The notes beneath the pieces were generated by a model. It did no database searches, had not been told where the DNA came from, and was given only the letters and a program-made list of their open reading frames with translations. The position numbers and the translations under genes are program-made. DNA of 64,000 nt from Monocercomonoides exilis PA203 (taxonomy: Eukaryota > Protista > Preaxostyla), in assembly GCA_001643675.2 (NCBI GenBank), contig LSRY02000016.1, positions 930,001 to 994,000 of the forward strand. The letters run 5' to 3'. Below, piece after piece: positions 33,401 to 47,128 of the stretch (position 1 is the first letter of the stretch; each line of letters opens with the position of its first letter).

Positions 33401-35212
33401 CTTGCAGGGTTAGGGTTTGACTGGAAGCTGGGGATGATGGGGGTGGTGGCCGGGGTGTTCCTGGGGCTGGTGGTTGTGCGAGCTTGGGTGTTTACGTTGT
33501 TCACTCGGCGGGCGAACGGGAAGATCCACGACGAGCTGGCAGCGCATGTGGCAGGGTGTCCGCCGGTGTTCTTCGACACGACGCCGGTAGGGCGGATTCT
33601 GAACCGGTTCAGCAGTGACATCACGAAGACAGACACAGACCTACCGACGACGTTCACGTATCTGCTGCAGACGTGGCTGCAGGTGGTGGGGACGTGTGTG
33701 GTGGGGGCGATCGACTGGCCGTACTTCCTGTTGTTTGTGGTGGGGGTGCTGGGGCTGCTGCATGTGATTGTAGTGGTGTACCCGCGGACGTCGCGGAACC
33801 TGACGCGGCTGGAGGGTATCACACGGAGCCCGGTGATAGCGCAATTCACAGAGACTGTGACGGGAGCGGGGCTGAGCACAATCCGTCTGGGGAGGCGGGA
33901 GGGGGTATGGGAGCGGCAGTTCGCACAGAAGGTGGATGAATGGGGGTCAGCGTTTGTGCTGGTGCGGGAGGGGCTGCAGTGGGCGAACTTGATGATCCAG
34001 GGGATTTGCTGTGTGTTCACGGTGGGGGTGACTGTTCTGGGGTGGCACTTTATGCGGGCATCGAGCGTGGGGCTGGCGGTGTCGGCATCGAACAACCTGG
34101 GGTGGCAGGGGACGATGCTGGTGACGATGGGGGTGCTTGTGGAGTCGACAATGACAAACCTGGAGCGAATCCGGTTCTACTCGACGCGGCTGCCGCAGGA
34201 GACGAAGCGAGTGGAGGTGGAACCTGTACCGAGCTGGCCGAGCGAAGGGGAGGTGTCGTTTGAGGATGTGTCGTTCAGGTACCGGCCGGGGTTGCCGCTG
34301 GTGCTGAAGAACGTGTCGTTTAGGATCAAAGGAGGGGAGAAGATCGGGGTGTGTGGGCGGACAGGGGCAGGAAAGACGAGTCTTGTGCAGGCACTGTTCC
34401 GGCTGGTTGAGCTGGATCCAGAGCTGATGCCGCAGCTGATCGATGTGGAAACCGGGCTACCTGTGGAGAAGCAGAGTCAGTCGTCATCTGCTCCGCACTC
34501 AAGTTGTAGCTCTTGTTATGGTTCGTCATTGGAGCTGATGGAAGAAGGAGGTTACGTTGGAGAGGAAGAGAAGGAGGAGCAGAACAGCGGGCGAATTGTG
34601 ATCGACGGAGTGGACATCTCGAAGGTGGAGCTGGGGCGGCTGAGGAGGTCTATCGCGATCATCCCGCAAGACCCGACGCTGTTTGAGGGGACAGTGCGGA
34701 TGAACTTGGATTTGGGAGGAAAGCGGAGCGATGAGCGGCTGTGGGCAGTGCTGGATCAGGTGGAGATGGGGGACATGGTGCGGGGGATGGAGGGCGGGCT
34801 GGAGGGGCATGTGGCAGAGGGCGGGGCGAACCTGAGCTGCGGGCAGCGGCAGCTGCTGTGCCTGGTGCGGGCGATCGTGAACGAGTGCAAGATAGTGGTG
34901 ATGGATGAGGCAACTGCGAATGTGGATGCAGAGACAGACAGCAAGATCCAGCAGACAATCCGGACATCGTTTGCAGGGCAGACGGCGATCATCATTGCGC
35001 ATCGGCTGAACACGATTGTGGGGTGCGACCGGATCCTGGTGATGGACAAGGGGGAGGCAAAGGAGCTGGACACGCCGCAGGCGCTGATAAAAGACCCGAA
35101 GTCGCTGTTCTCGCAGTTGCTAGCACACTCGGGGCTGGGCAGCAAAGGGACGAGTTGTGCGATTGAGTGTGAGGCAGGCAATTTGGAGGAGAAAAAGGAA
35201 CATGAAGATTAG
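30449..35212 (+). CDS. ABC transporter subfamily C (MRP-like, short form without TMD0), 1587 aa, intronless
   Basis: First in-frame ATG at 30449 (the track starts at TTG 30281). TMD1-NBD1-TMD2-NBD2 layout. NBD1: GAVGSGKS, IGERGINLSGGQKAR, VVLLDDPLSAVDAHVG. TMD2: FFDTTPVGRILNRFSSD. NBD2: GRTGAGKT, IIPQDP, LSCGQRQ, IVVMDEATANVD, IAHRL. Confidence 0.95.
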   Translation: MENECKNASELKNMTKKSKNEKEVTGCGSGESGKSEAKKRPKNYEERSNFLANFVFLFFFRYVFRRQPIMDEDVCEIAEANSTEVNCPKVKQKWEARYQAYVAELAAYSAEKEECEREGRVLRRKAPARPSVVWMLVSLGGWRVWVSQVLMALSAGPKLLGPFLLRWLLEALAVKEANDAAGLKTPFPGWVVAGLIVTPLLTGLCESNGFRFIINTAGQIRTGISGMIYDKTLHLNIAAQTKMDVGKLVALISTDTQNVTESLMDVLGVVQYPVLLVGTLVLLVMEIRYYTAIAVVLVVLIFPVQGVIAGQMFKRYSLYLEANEERLKATNEMVQGMRVVKLSGLESVFLERIGKARQMQLGHSAHFVFALQMMYSSMSAFSMLLQTIVLVAYLKGEGIAEAEVVHHFYQIGSILGLFTYAATSLPMVMQSGTQLVASAHRIAEFLLIEEREEYVEEITERDEEEENDTKEHAVIIRNGMFKWLDPPAIPLMNEEKEQMEEKRVKAQREKAEVKKREKKGKEMEKKEKEEKSSLSSDSSEGTGKIEGDENKKSGREGKGCSNVVLRDINLKVRKGELVFVVGAVGSGKSSLLAAMSGDIAKADELEEDGKEKDEKGRKKKTEVKVRGRVVAFSQTPWIFNGTCKENIVFEGAMDEEKYRECVSACCLEADFGVLGAGDETAIGERGINLSGGQKARLQLARCVYSGAEVVLLDDPLSAVDAHVGKRLFEECIVGLLKERRGATVVLATNQVQYADQADTVVVMEGGRIVAQGTKKVLEEKGIDLMRLTRKWRKDGKEKEKEKEKEKEKEKEKEKEKEKEKEKEKEKEKEKEKEKEKEKEEKKETEKNEKKEDEVMEVMESITEKEAEIHSIEKSTDKAVEIHSPSSSSSPMVSPTHTEEQLASGTSTPASVAEIEAKAEKKAAMQMITEEEQMVSSVSWRIYVDYLGKLGSPVAVGCYLVLLVVCEGVNTLNTYWMNVVSTPELLAGLGFDWKLGMMGVVAGVFLGLVVVRAWVFTLFTRRANGKIHDELAAHVAGCPPVFFDTTPVGRILNRFSSDITKTDTDLPTTFTYLLQTWLQVVGTCVVGAIDWPYFLLFVVGVLGLLHVIVVVYPRTSRNLTRLEGITRSPVIAQFTETVTGAGLSTIRLGRREGVWERQFAQKVDEWGSAFVLVREGLQWANLMIQGICCVFTVGVTVLGWHFMRASSVGLAVSASNNLGWQGTMLVTMGVLVESTMTNLERIRFYSTRLPQETKRVEVEPVPSWPSEGEVSFEDVSFRYRPGLPLVLKNVSFRIKGGEKIGVCGRTGAGKTSLVQALFRLVELDPELMPQLIDVETGLPVEKQSQSSSAPHSSCSSCYGSSLELMEEGGYVGEEEKEEQNSGRIVIDGVDISKVELGRLRRSIAIIPQDPTLFEGTVRMNLDLGGKRSDERLWAVLDQVEMGDMVRGMEGGLEGHVAEGGANLSCGQRQLLCLVRAIVNECKIVVMDEATANVDAETDSKIQQTIRTSFAGQTAIIIAHRLNTIVGCDRILVMDKGEAKELDTPQALIKDPKSLFSQLLAHSGLGSKGTSCAIECEAGNLEEKKEHED
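32834..32965 (+). repeat. (AAAGAG)22 encoding (KE)22 in the ABCC NBD1-TMD2 linker
   Basis: 132-nt perfect hexamer run; the mirror copy at 39523-39648 has 21 units. Confidence 0.95.
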
Positions 35213-35709
35213 AGGGAATAAAACAGAAAATGGGGTAAGAGAGATGCTTTGTTTGGAAGGTAAAGGCAGAAAGTGTGTTGGAAAGAGAAGCATTGAAGAG
35301 GGATAATGAGAATGGAAGCTGACAGAGTGGAACAGAGAAAGGGGAGGCAGAGGCAGCGAGTGACTGTTCTGAGATTTGCGAACTGTCAAATATAAGTCAT
35401 TGATTTCGATTTATTATATTTTCTTTGCTGTCAGTTTCTATTTATATGTTTATATTAATATATATATACATACATTATTAAGACTTTTTGGTTTGGTTTT
35501 TTTGCTTTTGCTTTTGCTTTTGATTGGTTGCGTTGCGAAACTTTATTTTTCTATTTATTTATTATTTTTATGAATACGTAGCAGCAACTGTTGTGCCTCA
35601 TTTCCTTGGTCACTTGTCTTCATTGGAGAAGAACGGGTGATGCAAGACTGTGATATATAGTGAGTGCAAAACTCGATCCTGCTAAATACTTCTAATTTTG
35701 AAAAAATAA

Positions 35710-36778
35710 TAGGGTGGATTTTTTATCCGGACATTTTTTTTTATCCGGACAAAAAATTTAAAATTTAAATATCTCAACAAATATTCAATATTAATTTCCA
35801 GCAATTTGCACAGTTGTATGTTAGCATATATGACATCGATTCATATACAAAATTTTCATAGCAGTGTTGTATTTTTTTGAAATAAATAATTTTTATTTTT
35901 GAAAATCCGACTTTTGATGAATTTTTCTATTGAAATAAAATGATTCAATTTATCCTATATGCATAAAACTTATTTTTTCCATGATATTAACAATTCTGGT
36001 TATTTTTAATTTTCCACAATTTGCTCTTTCTAACGGAATGAAAATCTATCATTTTTGAAAAATCATTGTCAATGGGACAACTTAAAAAATATTTTTCATT
36101 AAATGCAGGAGCATCTAACTAAAACCAACACTTGCATTATTTAATATAATAGTTATAAAAAATTACCACTACATTATATTTAATAATTATTCAGTAGGGA
36201 TTTCATAAATGTTATCTGTTTTGACAAATAATGATATTTTTTTATATTCAACTTCATTGAAATTCAAATAATATTTATTTTTTGGAATCATCACTGAATC
36301 ATTTTTAAATATAATGTAGTGGTAATTTTTTATAACTATTATATTAAATAATGCAAGTGTTGGTTTTAGTTAGATGCTCCTGCATTTAATGAAAAATATT
36401 TTTTAAGTTGTCCCATTGACAATGATTTTTCAAAAATGATAGATTTTCATTCCGTTAGAAAGAGCAAATTGTGGAAAATTAAAAATAACCAGAATTGTTA
36501 ATATCATGGAAAAAATAAGTTTTATGCATATAGGATAAATTGAATCATTTTATTTCAATAGAAAAATTCATCAAAAGTCGGATTTTCAAAAATAAAAATT
36601 ATTTATTTCAAAAAAATACAACACTGCTATGAAAATTTTGTATATGAATCGATGTCATATATGCTAACATACAACTGTGCAAATTGCTGGAAATTAATAT
36701 TGAATATTTGTTGAGATATTTAAATTTTAAATTTTTTGTCCGGATAAAAAAAAATGTCCGGATAAAAAATCCACCCTA
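35710..36778. mobile_element. Putative MITE/fold-back non-autonomous element at the palindrome axis
   Basis: Starts TAGGGTGGATTTTTTATCCGGACA and ends with its inverse (...CCACCCTA). Subterminal direct repeat TTTTTATCCGGACA x2, very AT-rich, no ORF. The central 121 nt is imperfectly self-complementary. Boundaries are inferred from motif style because the flanks are mirrored anyway. Confidence 0.5.
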
Positions 36779-39700
36779 TTATTTTTTCAAAATTAGAAGT
36801 ATTTAGCAGGATCGAGTTTTGCACTCACTATATATCACAGTCTTGCATCACCCGTTCTTCTCCAATGAAGACAAGTGACCAAGGAAATGAGGCACAACAG
36901 TTGCTGCTACGTATTCATAAAAATAATAAATAAATAGAAAAATAAAGTTTCGCAACGCAACCAATCAAAAGCAAAAGCAAAAGCAAAAAAACCAAACCAA
37001 AAAGTCTTAATAATGTATGTATATATATATTAATATAAACATATAAATAGAAACTGACAGCAAAGAAAATATAATAAATCGAAATCAATGACTTATATTT
37101 GACAGTTCGCAAATCTCAGAACAGTCACTCGCTGCCTCTGCCTCCCCTTTCTCTGTTCCACTCTGTCAGCTTCCATTCTCATTATCCCTCTTCAATGCTT
37201 CTCTTTCCAACACACTTTCTGCCTTTACCTTCCAAACAAAGCATCTCTCTTACCCCATTTTCTGTTTTATTCCCTCTAATCTTCATGTTCCTTTTTCTCC
37301 TCCAAATTGCCTGCCTCACACTCAATCGCACAACTCGTCCCTTTGCTGCCCAGCCCCGAGTGTGCTAGCAACTGCGAGAACAGCGACTTCGGGTCTTTTA
37401 TCAGCGCCTGCGGCGTGTCCAGCTCCTTTGCCTCCCCCTTGTCCATCACCAGGATCCGGTCGCACCCCACAATCGTGTTCAGCCGATGCGCAATGATGAT
37501 CGCCGTCTGCCCTGCAAACGATGTCCGGATTGTCTGCTGGATCTTGCTGTCTGTCTCTGCATCCACATTCGCAGTTGCCTCATCCATCACCACTATCTTG
37601 CACTCGTTCACGATCGCCCGCACCAGGCACAGCAGCTGCCGCTGCCCGCAGCTCAGGTTCGCCCCGCCCTCTGCCACATGCCCCTCCAGCCCGCCCTCCA
37701 TCCCCCGCACCATGTCCCCCATCTCCACCTGATCCAGCACTGCCCACAGCCGCTCATCGCTCCGCTTTCCTCCCAAATCCAAGTTCATCCGCACTGTCCC
37801 CTCAAACAGCGTCGGGTCTTGCGGGATGATCGCGATAGACCTCCTCAGCCGCCCCAGCTCCACCTTCGAGATGTCCACTCCGTCGATCACAATTCGCCCG
37901 CTGTTCTGCTCCTCCTTCTCTTCCTCTCCAACGTAACCTCCTTCTTCCATCAGCTCCAATGACGAACCATAACAAGAGCTACAACTTGAGTGCGGAGCAG
38001 ATGACGACTGACTCTGCTTCTCCACAGGTAGCCCGGTTTCCACATCGATCAGCTGCGGCATCAGCTCTGGATCCAGCTCAACCAGCCGGAACAGTGCCTG
38101 CACAAGACTCGTCTTTCCTGCCCCTGTCCGCCCACACACCCCGATCTTCTCCCCTCCTTTGATCCTAAACGACACGTTCTTCAGCACCAGCGGCAACCCC
38201 GGCCGGTACCTGAACGACACATCCTCAAACGACACCTCCCCTTCGCTCGGCCAGCTCGGTACAGGTTCCACCTCCACTCGCTTCGTCTCCTGCGGCAGCC
38301 GCGTCGAGTAGAACCGGATTCGCTCCAGGTTTGTCATTGTCGACTCCACAAGCACCCCCATCGTCACCAGCATCGTCCCCTGCCACCCCAGGTTGTTCGA
38401 TGCCGACACCGCCAGCCCCACGCTCGATGCCCGCATAAAGTGCCACCCCAGAACAGTCACCCCCACCGTGAACACACAGCAAATCCCCTGGATCATCAAG
38501 TTCGCCCACTGCAGCCCCTCCCGCACCAGCACAAACGCTGACCCCCATTCATCCACCTTCTGTGCGAACTGCCGCTCCCATACCCCCTCCCGCCTCCCCA
38601 GACGGATTGTGCTCAGCCCCGCTCCCGTCACAGTCTCTGTGAATTGCGCTATCACCGGGCTCCGTGTGATACCCTCCAGCCGCGTCAGGTTCCGCGACGT
38701 CCGCGGGTACACCACTACAATCACATGCAGCAGCCCCAGCACCCCCACCACAAACAACAGGAAGTACGGCCAGTCGATCGCCCCCACCACACACGTCCCC
38801 ACCACCTGCAGCCACGTCTGCAGCAGATACGTGAACGTCGTCGGTAGGTCTGTGTCTGTCTTCGTGATGTCACTGCTGAACCGGTTCAGAATCCGCCCTA
38901 CCGGCGTCGTGTCGAAGAACACCGGCGGACACCCTGCCACATGCGCTGCCAGCTCGTCGTGGATCTTCCCGTTCGCCCGCCGAGTGAACAACGTAAACAC
39001 CCAAGCTCGCACAACCACCAGCCCCAGGAACACCCCGGCCACCACCCCCATCATCCCCAGCTTCCAGTCAAACCCTAACCCTGCAAGCAGCTCCGGTGTG
39101 CTCACGACGTTCATCCAGTACGTATTCAGCGTGTTCACCCCCTCGCACACCACCAGCAGCACCAGATAGCACCCCACCGCCACTGGACTCCCCAGCTTCC
39201 CCAGATAGTCCACATAGATCCTCCATGACACACTCGACACCATCTGCTCCTCCTCCGTTATCATCTGCATCGCCGCCTTTTTCTCTGCTTTCGCCTCAAT
39301 CTCTGCCACACTTGCTGGTGTGCTTGTGCCTGATGCCAGTTGCTCCTCTGTGTGCGTTGGTGAAACCATTGGAGAAGATGAAGATGAAGGTGAATGAATC
39401 TCAACTGCCTTATCTGTTGACTTTTCTATTGAATGAATCTCCGCCTCTTTCTCTGTGATCGACTCCATCACTTCCATCACTTCATCTTCCTTTTTCTCAT
39501 TTTTCTCGGTTTCCTTTTTCTCCTCTTTCTCTTTCTCTTTCTCTTTCTCTTTCTCTTTCTCTTTCTCTTTCTCTTTCTCTTTCTCTTTCTCTTTCTCTTT
39601 CTCTTTCTCTTTCTCTTTCTCTTTCTCTTTCTCTTTCTCTTTCTCTTTCCCGTCCTTCCTCCACTTCCTCGTCAGCCGCATCAGGTCAATCCCCTTCTCC

Positions 39701-42616
39701 TCCAGCACCTTCTTCGTCCCCTGTGCCACAATCCTTCCTCCTTCCATCACAACCACCGTGTCTGCCTGGTCAGCATACTGCACCTGGTTCGTCGCCAGAA
39801 CCACGGTAGCTCCGCGCCGCTCCTTCAGCAGCCCCACAATGCACTCCTCAAACAGCCGCTTCCCCACATGTGCATCCACCGCTGACAAAGGATCGTCCAA
39901 CAGCACCACCTCCGCCCCGCTGTACACACACCGCGCCAGCTGCAGCCGCGCCTTCTGTCCTCCGCTCAGGTTGATTCCCCGCTCCCCTATCGCCGTCTCG
40001 TCTCCTGCCCCCAGCACTCCAAAGTCTGCCTCCAGGCAGCACGCCGACACACACTCCCTGTACTTTTCTTCGTCCATCGCTCCCTCAAATACGATATTCT
40101 CCTTGCATGTCCCGTTGAAGATCCACGGCGTCTGCGAAAACGCCACCACCCTCCCTCTCACCTTCACTTCTGTCTTCTTTTTTCTCCCCTTTTCATCTTT
40201 CTCTTTCCCATCTTCCTCCAGCTCATCAGCCTTTGCAATGTCCCCGCTCATCGCTGCCAGAAGCGAGGACTTCCCGCTTCCTACCGCCCCAACCACAAAC
40301 ACAAGCTCCCCTTTCCTCACTTTCAGGTTTATGTCCCTCAGCACCACATTCGAACAGCCCTTCCCCTCTCTTCCACTCTTCTTATTCTCGTCTCCCTCTA
40401 TCTTGCCTGTTCCTTCGCTCGAGTCAGAAGATAACGAAGACTTTTCTTCTTTCTCTTTCTTTTCCATCTCTTTCCCCTTCTTCTCCCTCTTCTTCACCTC
40501 TGCTTTCTCTCTCTGTGCCTTCACCCGCTTCTCCTCCATCTGTTCCTTCTCTTCGTTCATTAGCGGAATTGCTGGAGGGTCCAGCCACTTGAACATCCCA
40601 TTCCTGATGATCACTGCATGTTCCTTTGTATCATTCTCCTCTTCTTCGTCTCTTTCTGTAATCTCCTCCACATACTCCTCCCTTTCCTCAATCAGCAAAA
40701 ACTCCGCAATCCGATGCGCCGACGCTACCAGCTGCGTCCCCGACTGCATAACCATCGGCAGCGACGTCGCCGCATACGTGAACAGCCCCAGGATGCTCCC
40801 AATCTGGTAGAAGTGGTGCACCACTTCTGCCTCCGCGATCCCTCCCCCTTCAGATATGCCACCAGCACAATCGTCTGCAGAAGCATCGAAAACGCCGACA
40901 TCGACGAGTACATCATCTGCAGCGCAAACACAAAGTGCGCCGAGTGCCCCAGCTGCATCTGCCGTGCCTTTCCAATCCGCTCCAGAAACACGGACTCCAG
41001 CCCACTCAGCTTCACCACGCGCATCCCTTGCACCATCTCGTTCGTAGCCTTCAGCCGCTCCTCGTTTGCCTCCAGATACAGACTGTACCTCTTAAACATC
41101 TGCCCTGCGATAACCCCCTGTACCGGGAAGATCAATACCACCAGCACCACTGCGATTGCTGTGTAGTACCTGATCTCCATGACCAGCAGCACAAGTGTCC
41201 CTACCAGCAGCACCGGATACTGCACTACACCAAGCACATCCATCAGCGACTCCGTCACGTTCTGTGTGTCTGTCGAAATCAGCGCCACCAGCTTCCCCAC
41301 ATCCATCTTCGTCTGAGCCGCGATATTCAGGTGCAGCGTCTTGTCGTAGATCATCCCGCTGATCCCTGTCCGGATCTGTCCCGCCGTGTTGATGATGAAC
41401 CGGAACCCGTTCGACTCGCACAACCCTGTGAGTAGCGGCGTCACAATCAGCCCTGCCACCACCCACCCCGGGAACGGCGTCTTCAGCCCCGCCGCATCGT
41501 TCGCCTCCTTCACTGCCAACGCCTCCAGCAGCCACCGCAGCAGGAACGGACCCAGAAGCTTCGGCCCGGCACTCAGCGCCATCAGCACCTGCGACACCCA
41601 CACACGCCACCCACCCAGCGACACAAGCATCCACACCACTGACGGGCGTGCTGGCGCCTTCCTCCGCAGCACTCTCCCCTCCCGCTCACACTCCTCCTTC
41701 TCTGCGCTGTATGCCGCCAGCTCCGCCACATATGCCTGATATCGCGCCTCCCACTTCTGCTTCACCTTCGGGCAGTTCACCTCTGTCGAGTTCGCCTCCG
41801 CAATCTCGCACACATCCTCATCCATGATCGGCTGCCTCCGGAACACATACCGGAAGAAGAACAGGAACACAAAGTTCGCCAGGAAGTTGCTCCGCTCCTC
41901 GTAGTTCTTCGGCCGCTTCTTTGCCTCCGATTTCCCCGATTCTCCGCTTCCACAACCAGTCACCTCCTTTTCATTTTTACTCTTTTTTGTCATATTCTTG
42001 AGTTCAGATGCGTTTTTGCATTCGTTTTCCATCCGATTTCTTTTTTCCAATTTCTCCGAAAAAAACACGAAAAAGTTTAAATCAGACGATCCAACTTCTA
42101 ATTCGCACTCTCCGCAAACATTATTATGGTAATCTTCATACGCTCGAAATCTGCCTGGTTGCTCGCTTGCGCATTGTTGCGGCTTGGATGCGTGTTTCAA
42201 GGGGTTTAAAAAAAAAATCTACTCAATTCAATTTTAGTTCTCAATTTTCAAATAGGGTCATTTTTTTATTGGCACTTTTCTTTAATGGCACCAAATCACT
42301 TGAAAAAAAAACATTTAAAAATACATCAAAAAAATACAAAACTCGAATCAATTACTCGGCAAATGGAGAAGATCCTGGTTCCAACATGATGACTGCCCTT
42401 AATTATTAAAATATTGTGATTCATTCTTGCTGTGTTTATTAGGTTTTGGGGTTATAGCGAAGAAAACAAGTTCATATTGGATTTAGAGTTGGCCTAGGGT
42501 TTTGTTGAGCAAAATTAGCGTTAGGGTTAACTCTAGAAGCGTTTTTTAAATGAAAATGATAAAAATAGTGGGTAGGATCACATTTAAAATAGGATCAACT
42601 CCACTTGCTAACAATT
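36305..42616 (-). repeat. Right arm of 12.75-kb palindrome
   Basis: Reverse complement of 29865-36183; similarity ends at ...CCACTTGCTAACAATT|GTCAGAATC. Confidence 0.97.
37276..42032 (-). pseudogene. Second ABCC/MRP copy with a 1-nt frameshift (pseudogene or homopolymer sequencing error)
   Basis: Matches copy 1 except GAGGGATC vs GAGGGGATC at 40840-40842, which splits it into track ORFs 40725-42200 and 37276-40824, and one fewer KE unit. Confidence 0.85.
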
Positions 42617-42657
42617 GTCAGAATCGTATAAATCTTTATGAATTTGACAAATACATT

Positions 42658-43141
42658 TGGCAAGATGCTACTTTAAGGGTACCCGATTTTTTCGTTAAAT
42701 CCATGAATAAATAGCAAAAAAATGCAATGTAGAGATATTATAAGTATATTCGGTTTATAATAATCAATTGATCAAAACTGAAAATGATTGAATGGTTTTT
42801 TATTCAAATCTCAAGTTTTACGAGGCTTTTTTCAAACTTCACAAAAACTCTTTAATTGAGTTTCTTTCAACCCTAACAATTGCAAATAGCCCCTATAAAC
42901 AAATTATAAAACCTTGATATGTCTTTTTATTGTTAAAAAAACGATTTGTTGATAGTTTATTTTAATTATTTCTATTAGGGGACAGCTGTTTTTGAGAACG
43001 AAAACCCTAAAAAAGAAAAAAGATATATAAAGCATAAAGTCAACGCCAAAGAGTGTTGATGAAAGTTCAATTGGAAACAATTAGCCTTTTCATTAAGCTT
43101 ATTAAGAATTTTTTAGGTACCCTTAAAGTAGCCCTTTGCCA
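42658..43141. mobile_element. ~480-bp AT-rich element bounded by 26-bp imperfect inverted repeats
   Basis: TGGCAAGATGCTACTTTAAGGGTACC (42658-42683) vs GGTACCCTTAAAGTAGCCCTTTGCCA (43116-43141): 23/26 complementary. No ORF; contains CCCTAA-type boxes. Confidence 0.5.
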
Positions 43142-44305
43142 TACATTTTTATTTGAATATAATATTTTTATTTTTTTTTTGTATTTGGCACATTATTTTT
43201 GAAATCATAACTTTTTTCGGGGTTTTGATTTTAAAAAGATTGTTTGTCAATGGGATGTGTTTTTATGAACAGATGATAAAATTTTCACAACTGTTTCAAA
43301 AAACAAATGTTATTACCGAATCAAAGATAAAAACGTCTTCAATAATCCTATTCACTTTTCAATGTTCATTGGTTAATATTCAAGAGAAATTTTTGAACCG
43401 AAATTTTTGAATGAAATAATATTCTTTCAAAAATAATCACCCATTTTGAGAAACAATTAATTTCTGTGTTATTTTTGTGTTTTTTGAGTGTGAGATTTCA
43501 ATATTATATTTTCTGTTTTAATTAATTGGTGTAATGAATTATTTTTGCACAAAACGTTTTTATTTCATAACTTGTTGCAAACAATAATTTGGGAGTTATT
43601 AAACAAAGATAAATCTCATAGAGATTAAAAAGAAACAACAAAAAATAGTGAAAATCCAAAGTATGCAAATTATGAAATAATAACATTAAAAAAAGTTTCT
43701 TTTGATTCAAAAAGCACAGAAAAGAAAAATATAAAAGCAGTGCAAAAACGAATAATTTCTACATTTCATGAAACAAACAACGAATAATTAAAAATGAAAA
43801 CAAAAATAAAAAAATAAAAAACATTTGTGTGAGATCGTAAATAGACATATCAATTCCAAGTTAAAAAAAGAAGAAATCGATAGAATTTCTGCAAAATACA
43901 AACCATTCGTATTTCGCGCAGAGAAAATTAAAATAAATTAATTTTATAAAAAAGAAATGAATTTTTTCTTTATTTATGAAAAAATGAAAAAAAAAAAAAC
44001 ACATTCAACATTCTATCAATTCATAAAAACATTTTTTCTACTTATATTGAAACATAAGTTTCAATTGTCTACATAACAACACAATCATAATTACTCCATA
44101 CTTAAAAAAAAAAAACTTTATTATTTTTTTATAGTTTTTCTTTATAATTAATAATAATGCATTCCACGCATATAAGTCCAATCAACTTAGCTTTCACTTA
44201 ATCTCTTTATTTTTTTTTGCTATTCTGCTCAATCTAACATGCCGAAAATTGAGTTGCGGAATAATTCGAATCTGACCGATGTGAAGTCAATATATGTAGA
44301 TTTGA

Positions 44306-47015
<2,710 letters not shown>

Positions 47016-47128
47016 AGAACAGCCCGTGAAAAAAATATTACTGCAATTTCAAATTTAGAGTGCTCGCTTCTTTCAATTTCACAAATAACTAATGAATTTA
47101 TTATGTAATATGATCAAAATATTGATTT
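47016..47128. promoter_or_regulatory. 113-nt head-to-head intergenic region (putative bidirectional promoter)
   Basis: Lies between minus-strand ATG 47015 and PPIH ATG 47129. Confidence 0.5.

Larger units (their letters stand above)
29865..36183 (+). repeat. Left arm of 12.75-kb palindrome (inverted duplication)
   Basis: Reverse complement of 36305-42616; the ORF track is mirrored (coordinate sums 72481 outside, 72488 inside). Differences seen by eye: 2 substitutions near the outer edge (29874/42607, 29896/42585), a 1-nt G-run indel (31639-31642 vs 40840-40842) and one AAAGAG unit. Confidence 0.97.

Noticed and set aside
29850-42630. Whole palindrome as a giant cargo-carrying transposon
   Set aside because: No target-site duplication (left flank ...GTTTGATAAT, right flank GTCAGAATCG...) and no transposase within it.
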